Assembly: GCA_030390025.1 (NCBI GenBank)
Contig: CM059433.1
Location: forward strand, 7,194,001 to 7,258,000
Length of the DNA: 64,000 nt
DNA from: Squalus acanthias
Lineage: Eukaryota
Direction: 5' to 3'
Numbering within the stretch: the first letter of the stretch is position 1; each line of letters opens with the position of its first letter. Position numbers and translations under genes: made by a program. Below are positions 36,601 through 51,600 of the stretch, piece after piece. The notes beneath the pieces are model-generated. The model ran no database searches. It was not told where the DNA came from and saw nothing but the letters and a program-made list of their open reading frames with translations.

Positions 36601-39600
36601 CTCAGTATCTTATATGTTTTAATAAGATCACCTCTCATTCTTCTAAATTCCAATGTGTATAGGCTCAACCTGTTCAACCTTGCTTCATAAGTCAACCCCC
36701 TCATCTCTGGAATTAACCTAGTGAATCGTCTCTGAACTGCCTCCAATGCAAGTATATCCTTCCTTAAATAAGGAGACCAAAACTGTACGCAGTACTCAAG
36801 GTGTGGTCTCACCAATACGCTGTACAGTTGTAGCAGGACTTCCCTGCTTTTATACTCCAACCCCGTTGCAATAAAGGCCAACATTCCATTTGCCTTTTTG
36901 ATTACTTGCTGTACCTGCATGCTAACTTTTTGTGTTTCATGCACAAGGACCCCCAGGTCCCTCTGAACTGTAGCATTTTGTAATCTCTCTCCATTTAAAT
37001 AATTTGCTTTTTTATTTTTCCTGCCAAAGTGGATAACCTCACACTTGTCTTAAGTAAAGTTGTATAATCATATATAATTATAATTTGAACAAATTGTTTT
37101 TCTAACTGAGCAGTTCATGAATCGATGCACTTGCCTTTTCTAAATGCAGATTGAATTGATTGACCGCGTAGATGACATTTATCGAAATACTTCTTGGAAC
37201 AATGCTGGTTTCAAAGGATACGGAGTGCAGATAGAAGAGGTAAATAATTCAAATTAAGCTGAAATATTTTATTCAACTCTTGTCGCAGTTACACAAAGCG
37301 TTAGCTCCACCGATCTAGTCTTAGATATACTGATTTGAGTGGGAGACTTGTCATAATTTTTAAAGCTGTATGCATAGGCCAGTAGTGAGCCTGCTTGAAA
37401 GTATTTGAGTCCTATTGAGCTTATTTTTCACCAACTATTATTGCAGTGTCGGTGCAAATGAACTGTGTTCAAGTAGGCTTGTGGTATAAGAAGTAATATT
37501 CAATATCTTTCTGTCTGCTTTTCGAAGACTGTGTAGCAAAGTTCAAGTTGATAACGTCTGTGTGTCAATTTATCTCAAAATGTGTTTAATAAAATATAGT
37601 AGCTTGCCTTGAAAATACAGTAGTTGGGAGCATTTCAGTTAGTGAAGTTTTTGACTAACCAATATAATTATCCTACAATAAAATTTAAAGGCGAAAATTC
37701 AGTAGCAGAGATCTTTTACTTAACTGGGTAACTAGTAACTATACAAGGATCATGTTAGCGCCAGTTAACAGGCATCTAATATCCTGCTATACTACATTTA
37801 GTTCAACAACAAGTTGCATTTGTATAGCACATTTAGCCTAGAAAATGTGAAGGCACTTCACAAAGTTGTTGGGGAAAAACAGACGGCAAGTCAAAGAGAG
37901 ATTTGAAAGGTGACTTGGTCACGGAGGTCAGCTTTAAGGAGGTTCTTGAAGGACAGGAGAGAAGTCTAGGAGTTTGCAGAGGGGGGGACCTAAGCGGTTG
38001 AAGTCACAGCCATCAGTGGTGGAGCCAAGAGTGGGATACACAGGTTAGAGTGAGACAGCCAGAGAGTTGGGAACGTTGTTTGTAGGGCTGGAGGAGGTTA
38101 CGGAAGTAGGAAGGGGCAAGGCCAAGGAGGGATTTAAAGAGAAGAATTTTCAATTTGAAATGTTGGTGGATCAGTAGCCAATGTTAGGTCAGTGAGGACA
38201 AGGGTAATGAGTGATCAGGATTGGTGCAGGATAGGATACAAGCAGCAGAGTTTTGGACAAGCTGCAGTTTGTGGATACAGAAGAATGGGAGGTCAGGAAG
38301 GAGAGCGTTGGTGTGCACTGGCAAGTCTATAACTCAAATTCAATTACCATATTTACAATCATAACAATGAATATAAACTCCCTCCTTTTCATGGGGATGA
38401 AGGCATGAATAAGCAGTGGAAAGGCTGAGGTAGGGACAGAAGTGACACATTGTTAGAGGTGGAAATAGATGGTCTTTCTGATGGTGAAGATAGGGGCTCA
38501 AATCTCAGCTCCAGGTCAAACAGGACTCCAAGGTTGGCAAGAGACATTGGTTGGGGAAATTGATGGTTAGTGATGAGGGAGTGAAGTTGGAAGACAATGG
38601 CTTCAGTTTTCAAAGTGTTTCTACTACAACAATAACAACAACTTGCATTTATATCGTGCCTTTAAAGTAGTAAAACGTCCCAAGGCGCTTCACAGCAGCG
38701 TTCTCAAACAAAATTTGACACTGAACCACATAAGGAGATATTAGGGCAGATGACAGAGGTAGGTTTTAAGGACCGTCTTAACGGAGGAAAGAGAGGTAAA
38801 GAGGCAGAGAGGTTTAGGGAGGCAATTCCAGAGCTTAAAGCCTCGGCAGCTGAAGGCACAGCCACCAATGGTGGAGCAATTAAAATTGGGGATGTGCAAG
38901 AGGCAAGAATTAGAGGAGAACAGATATCTTGGAGGTTTGTAGGGCTGGAGGAGGTTAGAGATAGGGAGGGGAGAGATTTGAAAACGAGGATGCGAATTAT
39001 AAAATTGAGGCATTGCTTAACCGGGAGCCGATTTAGGTCAGCGAGCACAGGGGTGATGGGTGAATGGGACTTGGTGCGATTTAGGATACAGGCAGCAGAG
39101 TTTTAGACGAGCTCAAGTTTATGGAGGGTGGAAGATGGGAGTCCGGCGAGGAATGCATTGGAATAATCAAGTCTAGAGGTAGCAAAGACATAGATGAGGG
39201 TTTCACAGCAGATGAGCTGAGGCAGGGGCAGAGTCGGGCGATGTTATGGAGATCGAAGTTTGTGGTCTTGGTGATGGTGTAGATATGTGGTCAGAAGCTC
39301 ATCTTGGGGTCATATAAGACACCAAGGTTGTGAACAGTCTGGTTCAGCCTCGGACAGATGTTAGGGAGAGGGATGGAGTCGGTGGCCAGGGAATGGAGTT
39401 TGTGGCGGGGCCCGAAGACAATGGCTTCGGTCTTCCCAATATTTAGTTGGAGGAAATTTCTGCTCATCCAGTAATGGATGTCGGACATGCAGTCTGAGAA
39501 TTTAGAGACAGTGGAGGGAGTCAAGAGAGGTGGTGGTGAGGTAGAGCTGGCTGTCGTCCGCATACATGTGGAACCTGACGTGTTTTCGGATGATGTCGAT

Positions 39601-42600
39601 GAGGGGCAGCATGTAGATGAGAAATAGGAGGGGGCTAAGGATAGATCCTTGGGGGACTCCAGAGGTAACCGAGTGGGAAGAGAAACCATTGCAGGTGAGT
39701 CTCTGGCTATGATTGGACAGATAGGAATGGAACCAGGTGAGGGCAGTCCCACCCAGCTGGACGACGGAGGAGAGGCGTTGGAGGGGGATGGTGTGGTCAA
39801 CCGTGTCAAAGGCTGCAGACAGGTCGAGAAAGACGAGTTTACCACTGTCACAGTCGAATAGGATGCCCTTTGTGACTTTGATAAGAGCCGTTTCGGTACT
39901 GTGGCAGGGGTGGAAACCTGATTGGAGGAATTCAAACATGGAGTTCCGGGAAAGATGGGCACGGATTTGGGAGGCGACAGTACGTTCAAAGACTTGGGAG
40001 AGGAAAGGGAGATTGGAGTTGATGAAAGACGGAGAAAGTGAATGAAATGGGGTAATGCACTGCAGGCACCGAGAATGTCATTCATGACTTTGATGAGGGC
40101 CATTTCGGTGCCATGGGAGGGGCTGGGGCAGGATTGGAGGGATTCAGACAGGTAGTTGAGGGATCTGTGACATTGGGGGGAATTTTAACCCCCAAAAACG
40201 GGTGGGTTTGGGTTGGGTTAAAACCCTACCACAGCCCGTCTACTTCCAGTTTTAACTGAGGCGGGACAGGAGGTGGTTTGGTTATTTAAATATTATAATG
40301 AGGCTGCGTGCCTCAGAATAAACCACCATTTTAAATTTAACCCTGGCCGGCAGGGTTTTCGGGCCTCGAGAAACCTGGCAGCTAAAGGAAGGCAAGGATT
40401 GCTGGATCCAGGAGGTAACTACCTTTCCACTTACTTGCTGGATCCAGTTTACCGGACACACCCTGACCCTTCCGCTCTCTTCCCCCCCCCCCCCCGACCC
40501 TTCCAATCTCCTCCCCCTCCCCCCGCCGACCCTTCCGATCTCCGACCCTGGACCCTTCCGATCTCTCTCTCCCCCCCCCCCCCCCCCCCCCCCCGCGCTG
40601 CTACCGACCCATCCGATTCCCCCTACCCCCCCCGAGGCCTCCAGTCTCCTCTACCACTGGCTCTTCTGAACTCTTCCCGATGTCTCTGATTGCCACCACT
40701 GACCCTTCCAATCTTCCCCCTGAGGCCTTTGATCCTTCCCTCTCTCCCTCGTCTCTGCTTGCCGGCTGCAGTCTGGTGCTGCAGGACTACCCACTCGCCA
40801 GTCAGCCAGTCTCTCAATATTGAGACTATCCTGTTTAAGGACCATGGATAGGAAAGAATGGTTGGAGTTGGGTAATAGTTAATGAGTAGAGAGGTCGAGG
40901 GTGGGTTCTTTGAGGTAGGGTACAATAACAGATTTGAAAGGGTGGAGGGATGACAGCAGATTTTAAAGGGAGGGGGTTGATTCACATTGTCATGAATGTA
41001 AAAATGCTGTTTGAATTTGAATATAGACTAGTACAAGGCTTATGCTTCATTGTGCCATTTCAAGTAAGTTCTCTTCAAAATGCTAATTTCACCCTGGTGT
41101 ATTCTTACACTGCCCTGTACTTTCCCAGGGTAGTCATAGAGTCATAACGACACAGAAGGAGGCCATTCGGCCCATCGAGTCCATGCCGGCTCTCTGTAGA
41201 GCAATCCAGTCAGTCCCATTGCCCCACTCTAGTCCCGTAGCCCTGCAAGTTTATTTCCCTCAAGTGCCTATCCAGTCTCCCCTTGAAAACATTGAGTGTC
41301 TCCGCTTCCACCACTATCGTCGGCAGCGAGTTCCAGGTCCTCACCGATCGCTACGTAAAAAAGTTTTTCCTCACATTCCCCTTGTATCTCTTGCCCAAAA
41401 CCTTAAATCTGTGTCCCCTAGTCCTTGTACCATCAACTAGTGGGAGGAGATGGGACAAATCTAGTCTAGTTCTTCTCTATGCATCCAGTCCCATAAACGT
41501 CTAATGCCAGCTTGGACATGTGTATTCAGCACATACATGCTGCCTAGTGTTTGTTCAGATGCTGGCTGTATTGGGCCAGTTAAACTAGCTCCCACCTCAG
41601 TAAATATGATTGGAAGGGTTCAACATCTTCAGCTACCGCTGAAAATTCCCTGCACCATAGGCAAAATGAGTATCTTATAAATATCAGTACTGACACAAAA
41701 GGCACTATATAAGTGCAAGTTCGTTCTTTTCTGTTTTTTAATTGCCATGATGCCATTGTGCACAGGATTTGGGTGGAGGGGGGGAGGGGGGTGAGGGAAG
41801 GGAGTTGACATAGACATGATAAATTCTCTATGGAGACAATTTGCCAGATATAAGCGATTTTTGTATTACGTGTGCAGGTAATATAGATGTGCTCCACAAA
41901 CTAAATGCCCTGTTAGCCTTGGCTCAGTGGTAACACTTTCATCTCTGAGTCAGAAGGTTGTCGATTCAAGCCCCACACTCGGGACTTGAGTACATAATCT
42001 TTGCTGACTACTGAGGGAGTGCTGCACTGTTGGAGGTGCCATCTTTCAGATAGATGTTAAACTGAGGCCCCGTGTGCCCTATCAGGTGGACATGAAAGAA
42101 CCCATTGCACTATTTGAAGAGCAGCAGTGGATAAACTTTAGCTCCTTCAAGACTCTGCTGACTGTATCCTATCCCACATCCGAGTCTTGCAAGCCCATTG
42201 CCCCCGTCCTCGCTGACCTGCATTGGCTCACGGGTGATCCAACACCTCAAAGTTAAAATTATTTAAATCTTTTCATTGTCTTATCCCTGCCTATCTCTGT
42301 AACTTTATCCAGTGCTGCAAACCTGTGTAACTCTCCATTTCTCTGCCTCTAGCCTCTTGTGCATTCTCTCCTTCCTTTGATCCACTATTGGTGGCCATAT
42401 TTAGGCCCTGTGCTCTGGAATTCTTTCCCTAAGCCCCTTCGCCGCCCTCTAGTTCTTTAAAATCCTGCTTTGAAATGCACCTCTTTTACCAAGCTTTTGG
42501 TGACCCCCTCCGAATATCTGCTTTTACTGCTTGGTGTGCAGTTTTTCCTTGCTCCTCTGTGAAACCGCCATGGGACATTTTTCAAGGTTAAATGTGCTAT

Positions 42601-45600
42601 ATATAAATGCTGCTTGTTGTATCATCGTCGCTTGAACAGCGTTCCATAGGCTATGCACCCATATAAAAATGGAGCTGCGGGGAATGCCTCTTTTTTTGTT
42701 GGGTCCTTCCATTTACAGCAGCAGCAGCAGCAATAATTGCCACTTATATCGAAAATGTGCTTGACAGGTGGGGGAGAAGATAATACAGATAAATGAAATA
42801 AAGGAACAGACTATGGGTCATGGTGCAAGAATTGGGAGGTGACTGATAGTTTGGTCAAAAAGATGAATTTTGAGGAGGTAGCGAGAGTAGTTTTGGGAGA
42901 GTGTTCCAGGTAATGGGGCTGAGCCACCTGAAGACTCTGCCACCAGTGGCTTGACAAAGTGGGCGGGGAGGGGGGGGCGAGGGGGAAGTGGAGGTGTGGG
43001 TTGGGGTAACATAAGTTAGAAGTGCGTGAGAGGGTTGAAAGAGGTTGCGAAGATTGGTGGCGTGAGGGCATAAAGGGATTTTAACATAAGGACCAGAATT
43101 TAAAATTCCATGCTTTGGGTGACCGGTAGTTAATCTGGGCCAGCAAGGACTGGAGTGATGGGTGAGTGGGCTATAGTGTAGGACAGGATATAGGCAGCTT
43201 AAAAGTACATGTTGCTGTTTTTGGCGTAGCTGTACACCAGTGACTCTGCAGTTTGGCAAAGGAAGGTGATGAAATGTTTTGGAGCCTCGCTGATCGCTTC
43301 TTAAAGCTGTACGAGATTTATAACCTGTGCCTGTTTGTCAAGTGAATGGTGTAATTGGGCTGATTTGCAAGAAGCTATACTCTGGGTATACACCTGCATT
43401 TACAAGTTCTGGAGGAGGAGGGTCACAACAGTTGAGATGCAATGTAAGCCATAATTTTTAAATGTAGCCACATGTTCGCACACTTAATTTGGTAACGTTG
43501 TGTAAATTTGCACAGCAAATTTCTTCTTCTTCACCTGTTCTTACGTTTGGGCCACAGGCACCGTTCCCTATAAGCTGCGCAGCTCTCCTGGGACCGGCTT
43601 CTGCAATGTTAACTGTGAATAATGGGCTGTGCAGCCCCTTAAAGGGGCCGTGCACCCAAAAAAAAAATGTTACGGGGCAACGTTGGCCACAGCTGAGGCG
43701 GCATTCGCTCATTCTGTCAGCCGCATTCATGCTGCTTTGGCACTGCTCTGCATTGCAGGGTGACCCTCACCTCTTTAAAAAGAACGCCCTTCTCTGCAGG
43801 AACTCCATAGCTGTATCACTAAATGAGGCAGTGCTCTTCCTTTGTCTGCCTCCCACCGTTTCCCCCACCCGCCCCCTGTTGCAGAACAGCTTCAAGACTG
43901 ACCAGCAGCCCTTTAACAGCAGCTGGTACTTTATAATCTTACTCCTGACCTGATGGTGCCCCCAGTGAGTCCTGTGTAGAGCACCGGGAGTGTTGAAAAA
44001 TATATTCTAATTAGGTGGCCTCTTATCACAGCCTGAGGATACGACACGGGCGTCTGAAGAGCAGCAGGATTGTTCTGCTGCAGTGGGACTGCATTGTCCA
44101 TCCCTTAAACTTTTACATTCCATGATCTATTTCAATTTAAGGAATAACTTCTTCCCCAAAATGGTATTGATGTCAGACCTAGAGTTACTTTGGATATCGC
44201 CTGTGCTCGGTGATCATGCCTCCTGCTTTGTTTTTTTTCTCTCTTGCCGCCTCTACAATCCTCCTGTTTTAATTCTGTTGTGTAACGTGTTGGTGGAGGA
44301 GAGATGTTAAATTTGTATTTTTTTTACTCTATATGTCACACTGAGACCTGCTCACCCTTCACCTCTGTCCTCGCTGACCTACTTTGGCTCCTGGTTCCCT
44401 AATGCCTCAGATCCAAGATGTTCATCCCCTTGTTTAAACCTTTTCACAGCCTTGCTCTTCCCTATCTCTGTAACCTCCTCCAGACCTATAACTCCATTCC
44501 AAAAGCAAAATGCTGCGGATGCTGGAAATCTGAAATAGAAACAGAAAATGCTGGAAATACTCAGCAGGTCGGGCAGCATCTGTGGAAAGAGAAAGTTAAT
44601 CTGTTCTGACGAAGGGTCATCGACCTGAAACGTTAACTCCGTTTCTCTCTCCACAGATGCTGCCTGGCCTGCTGAGTATTTCCAGCATTTTCTGTTTCTA
44701 TAACTCAATTCCTCTGACTGTGGCCTGTTGCACATCTCCTCCTCCCTTCACCCCATCGTTGGCGGCCATGCCTTCAGCTGCCTAGACCCCACACTTTGGA
44801 ATTCCCTCCCTAAATTGCTCTGCTTTGCCACCTCCTCTCTTCCTCCTTTTAACATCCTCCTTAAAACCCACCTCTGACCAGCTTTTGGTCACCCCCTCCT
44901 AGATCCCCTTCTTGGCTTGGGCATCCTTCTACGTTAAAGATGCTGTTTAAATGCAAGTTGTTAATATTATTAATAGATTTTTTTTTTAAACTACAGATCA
45001 TTGTTAATAAAGAACCAACAAAGGTACCTTCAGGGCAGAAACATTATAATATGTTTGGGAGCGATCCAGATAGCAAAGAAGCTTGGGATGTCAAACCTCT
45101 ACTAGAGGTAAGGAAGAGCTGGAAGAGAGAATATTTTAATTAAATAATGCTTTTAAGGTGTTATTTTTGTTACAAACACAAACTATCATGCAAGTCTGAA
45201 GGAACTGCTACTTCTAAATGATAGCAGATGCACCCTATATACTATACACATTAGAAGATTTCCTAAGTTTTAATAGAAGCAAATTACAAGTCTAACTGTA
45301 AAAATGCAATATTGTATATTTTTGGAACCTAATATGCACTAAAGGACTGCCGTGCTGGTGAAAATGAGTGTGACATGAATTACAGTGGGGCCACATTTCC
45401 AGATCTGAGCTGTGATGAGGACCAGCTGTGCCATCTCCAAGTGAGAAAATGGAAAATTATTGTAGCCTGGATAATCTGCAGTGCATCCTGGTAAAGGTGG
45501 CTTGCAAACATGCCATGTGCCCATCCACTCTGGGAATGAAGGCCAGGCAGAGCAAAACATTTTTGAGGAAGCGGTTGGATAATCTGACTCTACAAAAGAT

Positions 45601-48600
45601 GTAGAAGAAATATCCAAATTCCTTATACTTGTATGTGTGTCTTGAGTTAACTTGGTCAAAAACTGGGCATTTAGTTTCTATGCTTCACTTTCTATCTGTT
45701 CGCTTTCTGTTATCTATTTTTCTGAAGAATCTAATTTTTCCACTTTTCAGCAATTCAGCTCTGATATAGCCAAAAGTGCATCCCAAGTTTGCCTTGCGCA
45801 TCTGTTTACGTACCAAGATTTTGAACATGGAACACTTGGGCTAGCTTATGTTGGATCGCCAAAACCACATGCATTGGGTGGCATTTGCCCTACACGTAAG
45901 TCCAAATGTAAATGAAATTTTAATTTCAAAATTTGGTTCAGTGGTGAAGAAATAAGTTGATAAAATGCATTGTGTTATTATTTTAACTTGATATTATTGG
46001 AACAAAATTGTTGAAGTCAAGTTAGTATAAGAATGATGTGATACCGTGGGGCCAATTTTACACATGCATGCTACAGACAGCGAGTCGCATCGCTAGTTGC
46101 GCATTTTGGGAAATCGTGGGCACGCTACCTGTGATTTCTTGCTGTTAATTTCAATCGATGAGAAATGGTGGAAAGTGTGCCTACGATCTCCTGATGTGAG
46201 TGGTAGGGCGAGGCTTCTGTGAGCAATAAATAAAGGTAGATGATGGGGAAAATGAAGACACTCGCAATCCTACTCTCGGACTAGAACAATGAGAATCTTT
46301 TGTCTTCATCTTTTGGGAACATCGCATCAATAGCTGTATCATCTAGGAATGTTTTTTCACCAGCCTATGATCACCCAACCATGCAGAAGAAAGTTTACCT
46401 AAATACTGGATTAACCAGCACCAAGAACTATGGGAAAACAATCCTCACCAAGGTAAATTACACACTACTTCTTAAGACTTCAATTTGTCTTAATTTTCTA
46501 CTAAATTTTATGATTTAGTCAAGCTCCTGTTTTGATGTATGCTTTTTGTCAAAGTTGAGAAGGAACTCAGACCATTTGTTGATACTTGTTCCTTGTTATG
46601 CTAATGTGCTATACTTACTCCCTCTTATGCTGTATCATTATTGTATTACAATTAATTTTTCTAGCTTTGTTAGCTGCTCATATTTCAAAAATAATCTGTT
46701 TACACTGAGTTTCCAATCTCAACACAGCTTATTCAAGCTGAGGGGTGAAATATATCTAGGTATACCTGCATTGCTAAGTATCAAGCTCGTGGGTGAATGC
46801 TACATTATAATTTGCCTCCTGTTGCTTTTTCTTCCCCATCCTGTCCCGTCCCCCCCCTCCCCAACCACATTTGTTACGATCACTCAGCAGTCATCCTGAG
46901 CTTGGGGTGACTGTTAGGTTGTTGGTAACAAGTGTGGCTGGGGAAGGAAGGGATGGGATGGGGAAGAAAAAGCAGCAGGAGGCAAATCTTAATTTTTTTC
47001 CTATCTATTCCCATTTATTTTCCTTCTATTGTTTGCTCTTGATCTCTCGTTCCATCTAAGGAAACTCTCAGACCACAGTCTGATTCCGTTCTACTAGAAA
47101 TTTTATACTGGCATAACAAGGCATTAAATTTGTGAAACACTAAAATTTCGCATGGAACTTATCTGATGAGTTGGAATTTGAACAAAATTAATTTCAGTTC
47201 ATTTGTATCATTCTAGGTTTTTTGTACATCTTTTGCCTTTAATCTGGTGCCTTCCGTGTAAATACAAAAAAGAACCAACAGAATGTTTTGAATTAAAACA
47301 AATTAAAATATTTTTTAAAAAGTTATAGAAAATTGAAATGTATAAGATGTTTAATTTTAAGCCTGTAATCATTCAGTACTCTGGACTTATTTGGAAAATG
47401 GTATGCATTTTCAAAATAAGGCAGAAAAATGATTTCATTCAATAGATCTTGCAGGTTTTTTTTGTACTGCATATATTTTCACTGAGTTTGTTTTTCATGG
47501 CTTGATTCATGCCTCTTTTATAAAAAAAAAATTATACAACTGTCTTTATTGAAATTTTTAAGTCACAAAGGGCTGTTTATCCAAAGAGTTTTCTTGATTT
47601 TAATTACAAAACAGGAAGCAGATCTTGTCACTACTCATGAATTAGGCCATAACTTTGGAGCTGAGCATGATCCAGATAACCGTGAATGTGCCCCAACTGA
47701 TGATGATGGTGGGAAATACATCATGTATCCCATAGCAGTGAGTGGTGACCAGGATAACAACAAGGTACAATAGAACTGAGTTTGTATTGCATAGCAGTTA
47801 TAGCCGTGTTTAGATTGTCTACCCCTACTTTCTAAGGAACGTAGGACCATAACCCAGGTAAGATCTGATTGGCTATTTGGTACTGGCCAACTTTTAAACT
47901 GTGAACCTCTAGTTGAATAAAAGAAAACTAATAAAAGTGGTGCTGTGGGGTTAGCACATTATTCTTTCAACTCTGGGTTTTGAATTTGAATCCAGCCCAG
48001 AGTGCTGGGATTAAAAATTTCCTCTTGCTGCTCGCTGTAAGAGTTTTTTTGTGAAATGAGTTTGAGCAGCATTGTTGCCAGCTCCTTGTGGCTGTGGCTC
48101 CGTAACACAAAGCTAGCTGTATTTCACCAGACATTGGCATTAACTTGGGAGGCCACGAAGTTGGCCACTGTGGGGAAACGGAAAAGTTCAGCGGTGACGT
48201 ATGGATTGCTTTTTCTTAAGTTTCAGTTCATACATATTGTTGGGAGGAGTAAAAACGGGGCAGTTTACTCGGCACCTGGGTGTACTGTATGTGACCGGGG
48301 AGTCTTTGCTATTGAATGCCCAAAATGGAAAGGTTCAAACTTCCGAGCACTGACCTCCTGAAGGGGAAAATTGGCTTGGGTTTCTACTTTTGATTGCTAT
48401 CTGACAACTTCTGCTCGAAGTGTCAGCATTGTCCATATTTGATCAAGGACAGGAACAGGCTTAACTGTGATACCTGTCAGGGTTCAATAGCCTGCTGGTG
48501 CTCACTGTTGAGGCTCGTAGAATCATAGAAAGTTACAGCACGGAAGGAGGCCATTTTGGCCCATTGTGTCCACGCCGGCCAACAAAGAGCTATCCAGCCT

Positions 48601-51600
48601 AATCCCACTTCCCAGCTCTTGGTCCATAGCCCTGCAGGTTAGAGCATCCCAAGTGCACGTCCAAGTACTTTTTAAATGTGGTTAGGGTTTCTGCCTCTAC
48701 CACCCTTTCAGGCAGTGAGTTCCAGACCCCCACAACCCTCTGGGTGAAGAAATTTCCCCTCAAATCCCCTCTAAACCTTCCACCAGTTACTTTAAATATG
48801 TGACCCCTGGTAATTGACCCCTCTGCTAAGGGAAATAGGTCCTTTCTATCCACTTTATGCCCCTCATAATTTTATACACCTCAATAAGGTCTCCCCTCAG
48901 CCTCCTCTGTTCCAAGGAAAACAAACCCAGCCTATCCAGTCTTTCCTCATAGCTAAGATTCTCTACTCCCGGCAACATCCTTGTAAATCTCCTCTGTACC
49001 CTCTCCAGTGCAATCACATCTTTCCTGTAATGTGGTGACCAGAACTGCACGCCGCACTCTAGCTGAGGCCTAACTAGTGTTTTATACAGTTGAAGCATAA
49101 CCCCCCCTGCTCTTGTATTCTATGCCACGGCTAATAAAGGCAAGCATTCCGTATGCCGCCTTAACCACCTTATCTACCTGGCCTGCTACCTTCAGGGATC
49201 TGTGGACATGCACTCCAAGGTCCCTTTGTTCCTCTACACCACTCGGTGTCCTACCATTTAATGTGTATTCCCTTTCCTTGTTGGCCCTCCCCAAATGCAT
49301 TACCTCACACTTCTCCGGATTGAATGCCATTTGCCACTGTTCTGCCCACCTGACCAATTAATTGATATCTTCCTGCAGTCTACAGCTTCCTCTTCAGTAT
49401 CAACCACACAGCCGATTTTAGTATCATCTGCAAACTTCTAAATCATACCCCCTATATTCAAGTCTAGATCATTGATATATACCACAAAAAGCAAGGGACC
49501 TAGTACTGAGCCCTGCGGAACCCCACTGGAAACAGCCTTCCAGTCACAAAAACACCCATCAACCATTACCCTCTGCTTCCTGTCTCCGAGCCAGTTTTGA
49601 ATCCAACTTGACACACTGCCCTTTTAACTTTGTGACCAGTCTGCCATGTGGAACCTTATCAAAAGCCTTGCTAAAGTCAATTTACACTACATCAAACACA
49701 CTACCCTCATTTAACCTCCTTGTTACCTCCTCAAAAAATTCAATCAAGTTTGTCAGACACGACCTTCCCTTAACAAATCCGTGCTGACTATCCTTGATTA
49801 ATCTGTGTCTTTCTAAATGAAGATTTATCCTGTCCTTCAGAATTCTTTCCAATAATTTTCCCACCACCGAGGTTAGGCTGACTGGCCTGTAATTACTCAG
49901 TCTATCCTTTTCTCCCTTTTTAAACAAGGGTACCACATTAGCAGTCCTCCAGCACCACACCTGAATAATGATCGACAACCACGGAACTGGAACCCAGTCA
50001 GGAATCAACATGTTCAGGAAGTTGGGGGAGATGATTGGTTGAGAAAATGGTCATGAAATAAAAATAAAATGATTGTCTAGTGGGTAAAAGCACTGTCCAG
50101 TAAAACATTAAGCCATGCAGACAGGAAGGTCCCATATTTTAATCTGGTCTGTACTGATCTTACCAGGAATAGTGGTTGGGATACTGCCGTTGGCTCCTGT
50201 GGCCCTGTCATAGTGAGGGGAAAAATCAGCCAGGATAGCTATCCCCCTGATAAGTGTGTGTATAATATATATGTATATTAATATTTATATGTATAGTAAA
50301 AAAAAAGATATATATAGCTCTTTGAATTTGTTAGAGTTTACATTTGTAGTGAATACATCAGATATCAATGTAAAATAAATGATTTCAAGTTTTACAATAA
50401 TTTGAATCAATATGCTGAGAGATTGGATTCAAGCTAGTGTTATGCTAATTAATGTAGTGCAGTTTTGGCGATGGTGCCCCCTCCCCCCCTCGCTCTGTGT
50501 CATGACTTTCTGGTCTGTAAATTCTATTCAGTGTGTGTGTGTATTGTGTTGATGCAATATTTGGGTTTCTCAAGCATTAATATGTTGTACCATAAGCATC
50601 GGTGACACTACAGCATTTTCTTCCCTCAAGATACAATACTTCATTGGAATTTTTCCATTCAATTGCAACATATGCAAGAGGTTTAACAAAGTTTTTACAG
50701 GTGTTTAAACCTTAAATTTGCAGATATGAAGTTATGGAATATGAGTTAGATTTACTTTAGTGGTCTTGTTTATAGATAAAGAGAAGCTTTTAAAAAGAAC
50801 AATTGCTTATGCTGTAATTCAGTTTAATTTATCATATCGTAGCATGTAATACAAACAAACATCATATGGTTATGTTTTAAACTGCTCTATGGCAAATATA
50901 ATGCTAGGCTGAGTATTTATCTCGGCTAGATGCATTTTACTTCTCACTTAAGAAATTTGGTGGGCCTCCACCAACCTCTTCACCCATTGATCCACTTGTG
51001 CTGGATATTATTTTTCTCTTTGAATCCTGTAACTTTACCCCTGTCTTACTAACACACTCAAAAATGCATATGAACTGAAAGTTGTATAAGCCTGAAAATG
51101 GTCATCATTGAAATAATGTGCTGTTGCATTTATTCACTTTTTAAAGTATTTAATGGGTTGTGAAATTATGTCTCATGTAAAGTGTGTGATTCTCCAGCTG
51201 TTTTCCAACTGCAGCAAACGGTCAATTTATCAGACACTAATCAATAAAGCATCCAAGTGCTTTCAAAAAAGGAACAACCAAGTATGTGGGAATTCGCGTG
51301 TGGATGAAGGAGAGCAGTGTGACCCTGGGCTTCTACATCTAAATGAGGACAAATGTTGCACTCCACAATGTCAACTCAAGAAAGACAAAAAATGCAGGTA
51401 AAAAATTAAAGGCCTTCTAATCGTTTTATTCTGAAGTACTGCCCAAACTATCATTGACACTATCATTAAAAAATGCATTCAATTCTCCATTTAAATGAAT
51501 TATTGTTTGATGTACAGTGATTTTGGAAGTACAAATAATATTTAATCCTTTGACTGGAAATTGAACCTGAGTCTGTTGGTCTGCATGTCTGTTACATGCT

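Larger units (their letters stand above)
44345..44962 (+). mobile_element. L2 3' fragment interrupted by a Penelope-like hairpin element
   Basis: L2 3' motifs; duplication CTATAACTC(C/A)ATTCC at 44486-44500 and 44698-44712. Confidence 0.8.

Noticed and set aside
47163..47185. Hammerhead from CTGATGAG
   Set aside because: No stem II and no correctly placed GAAA follow.
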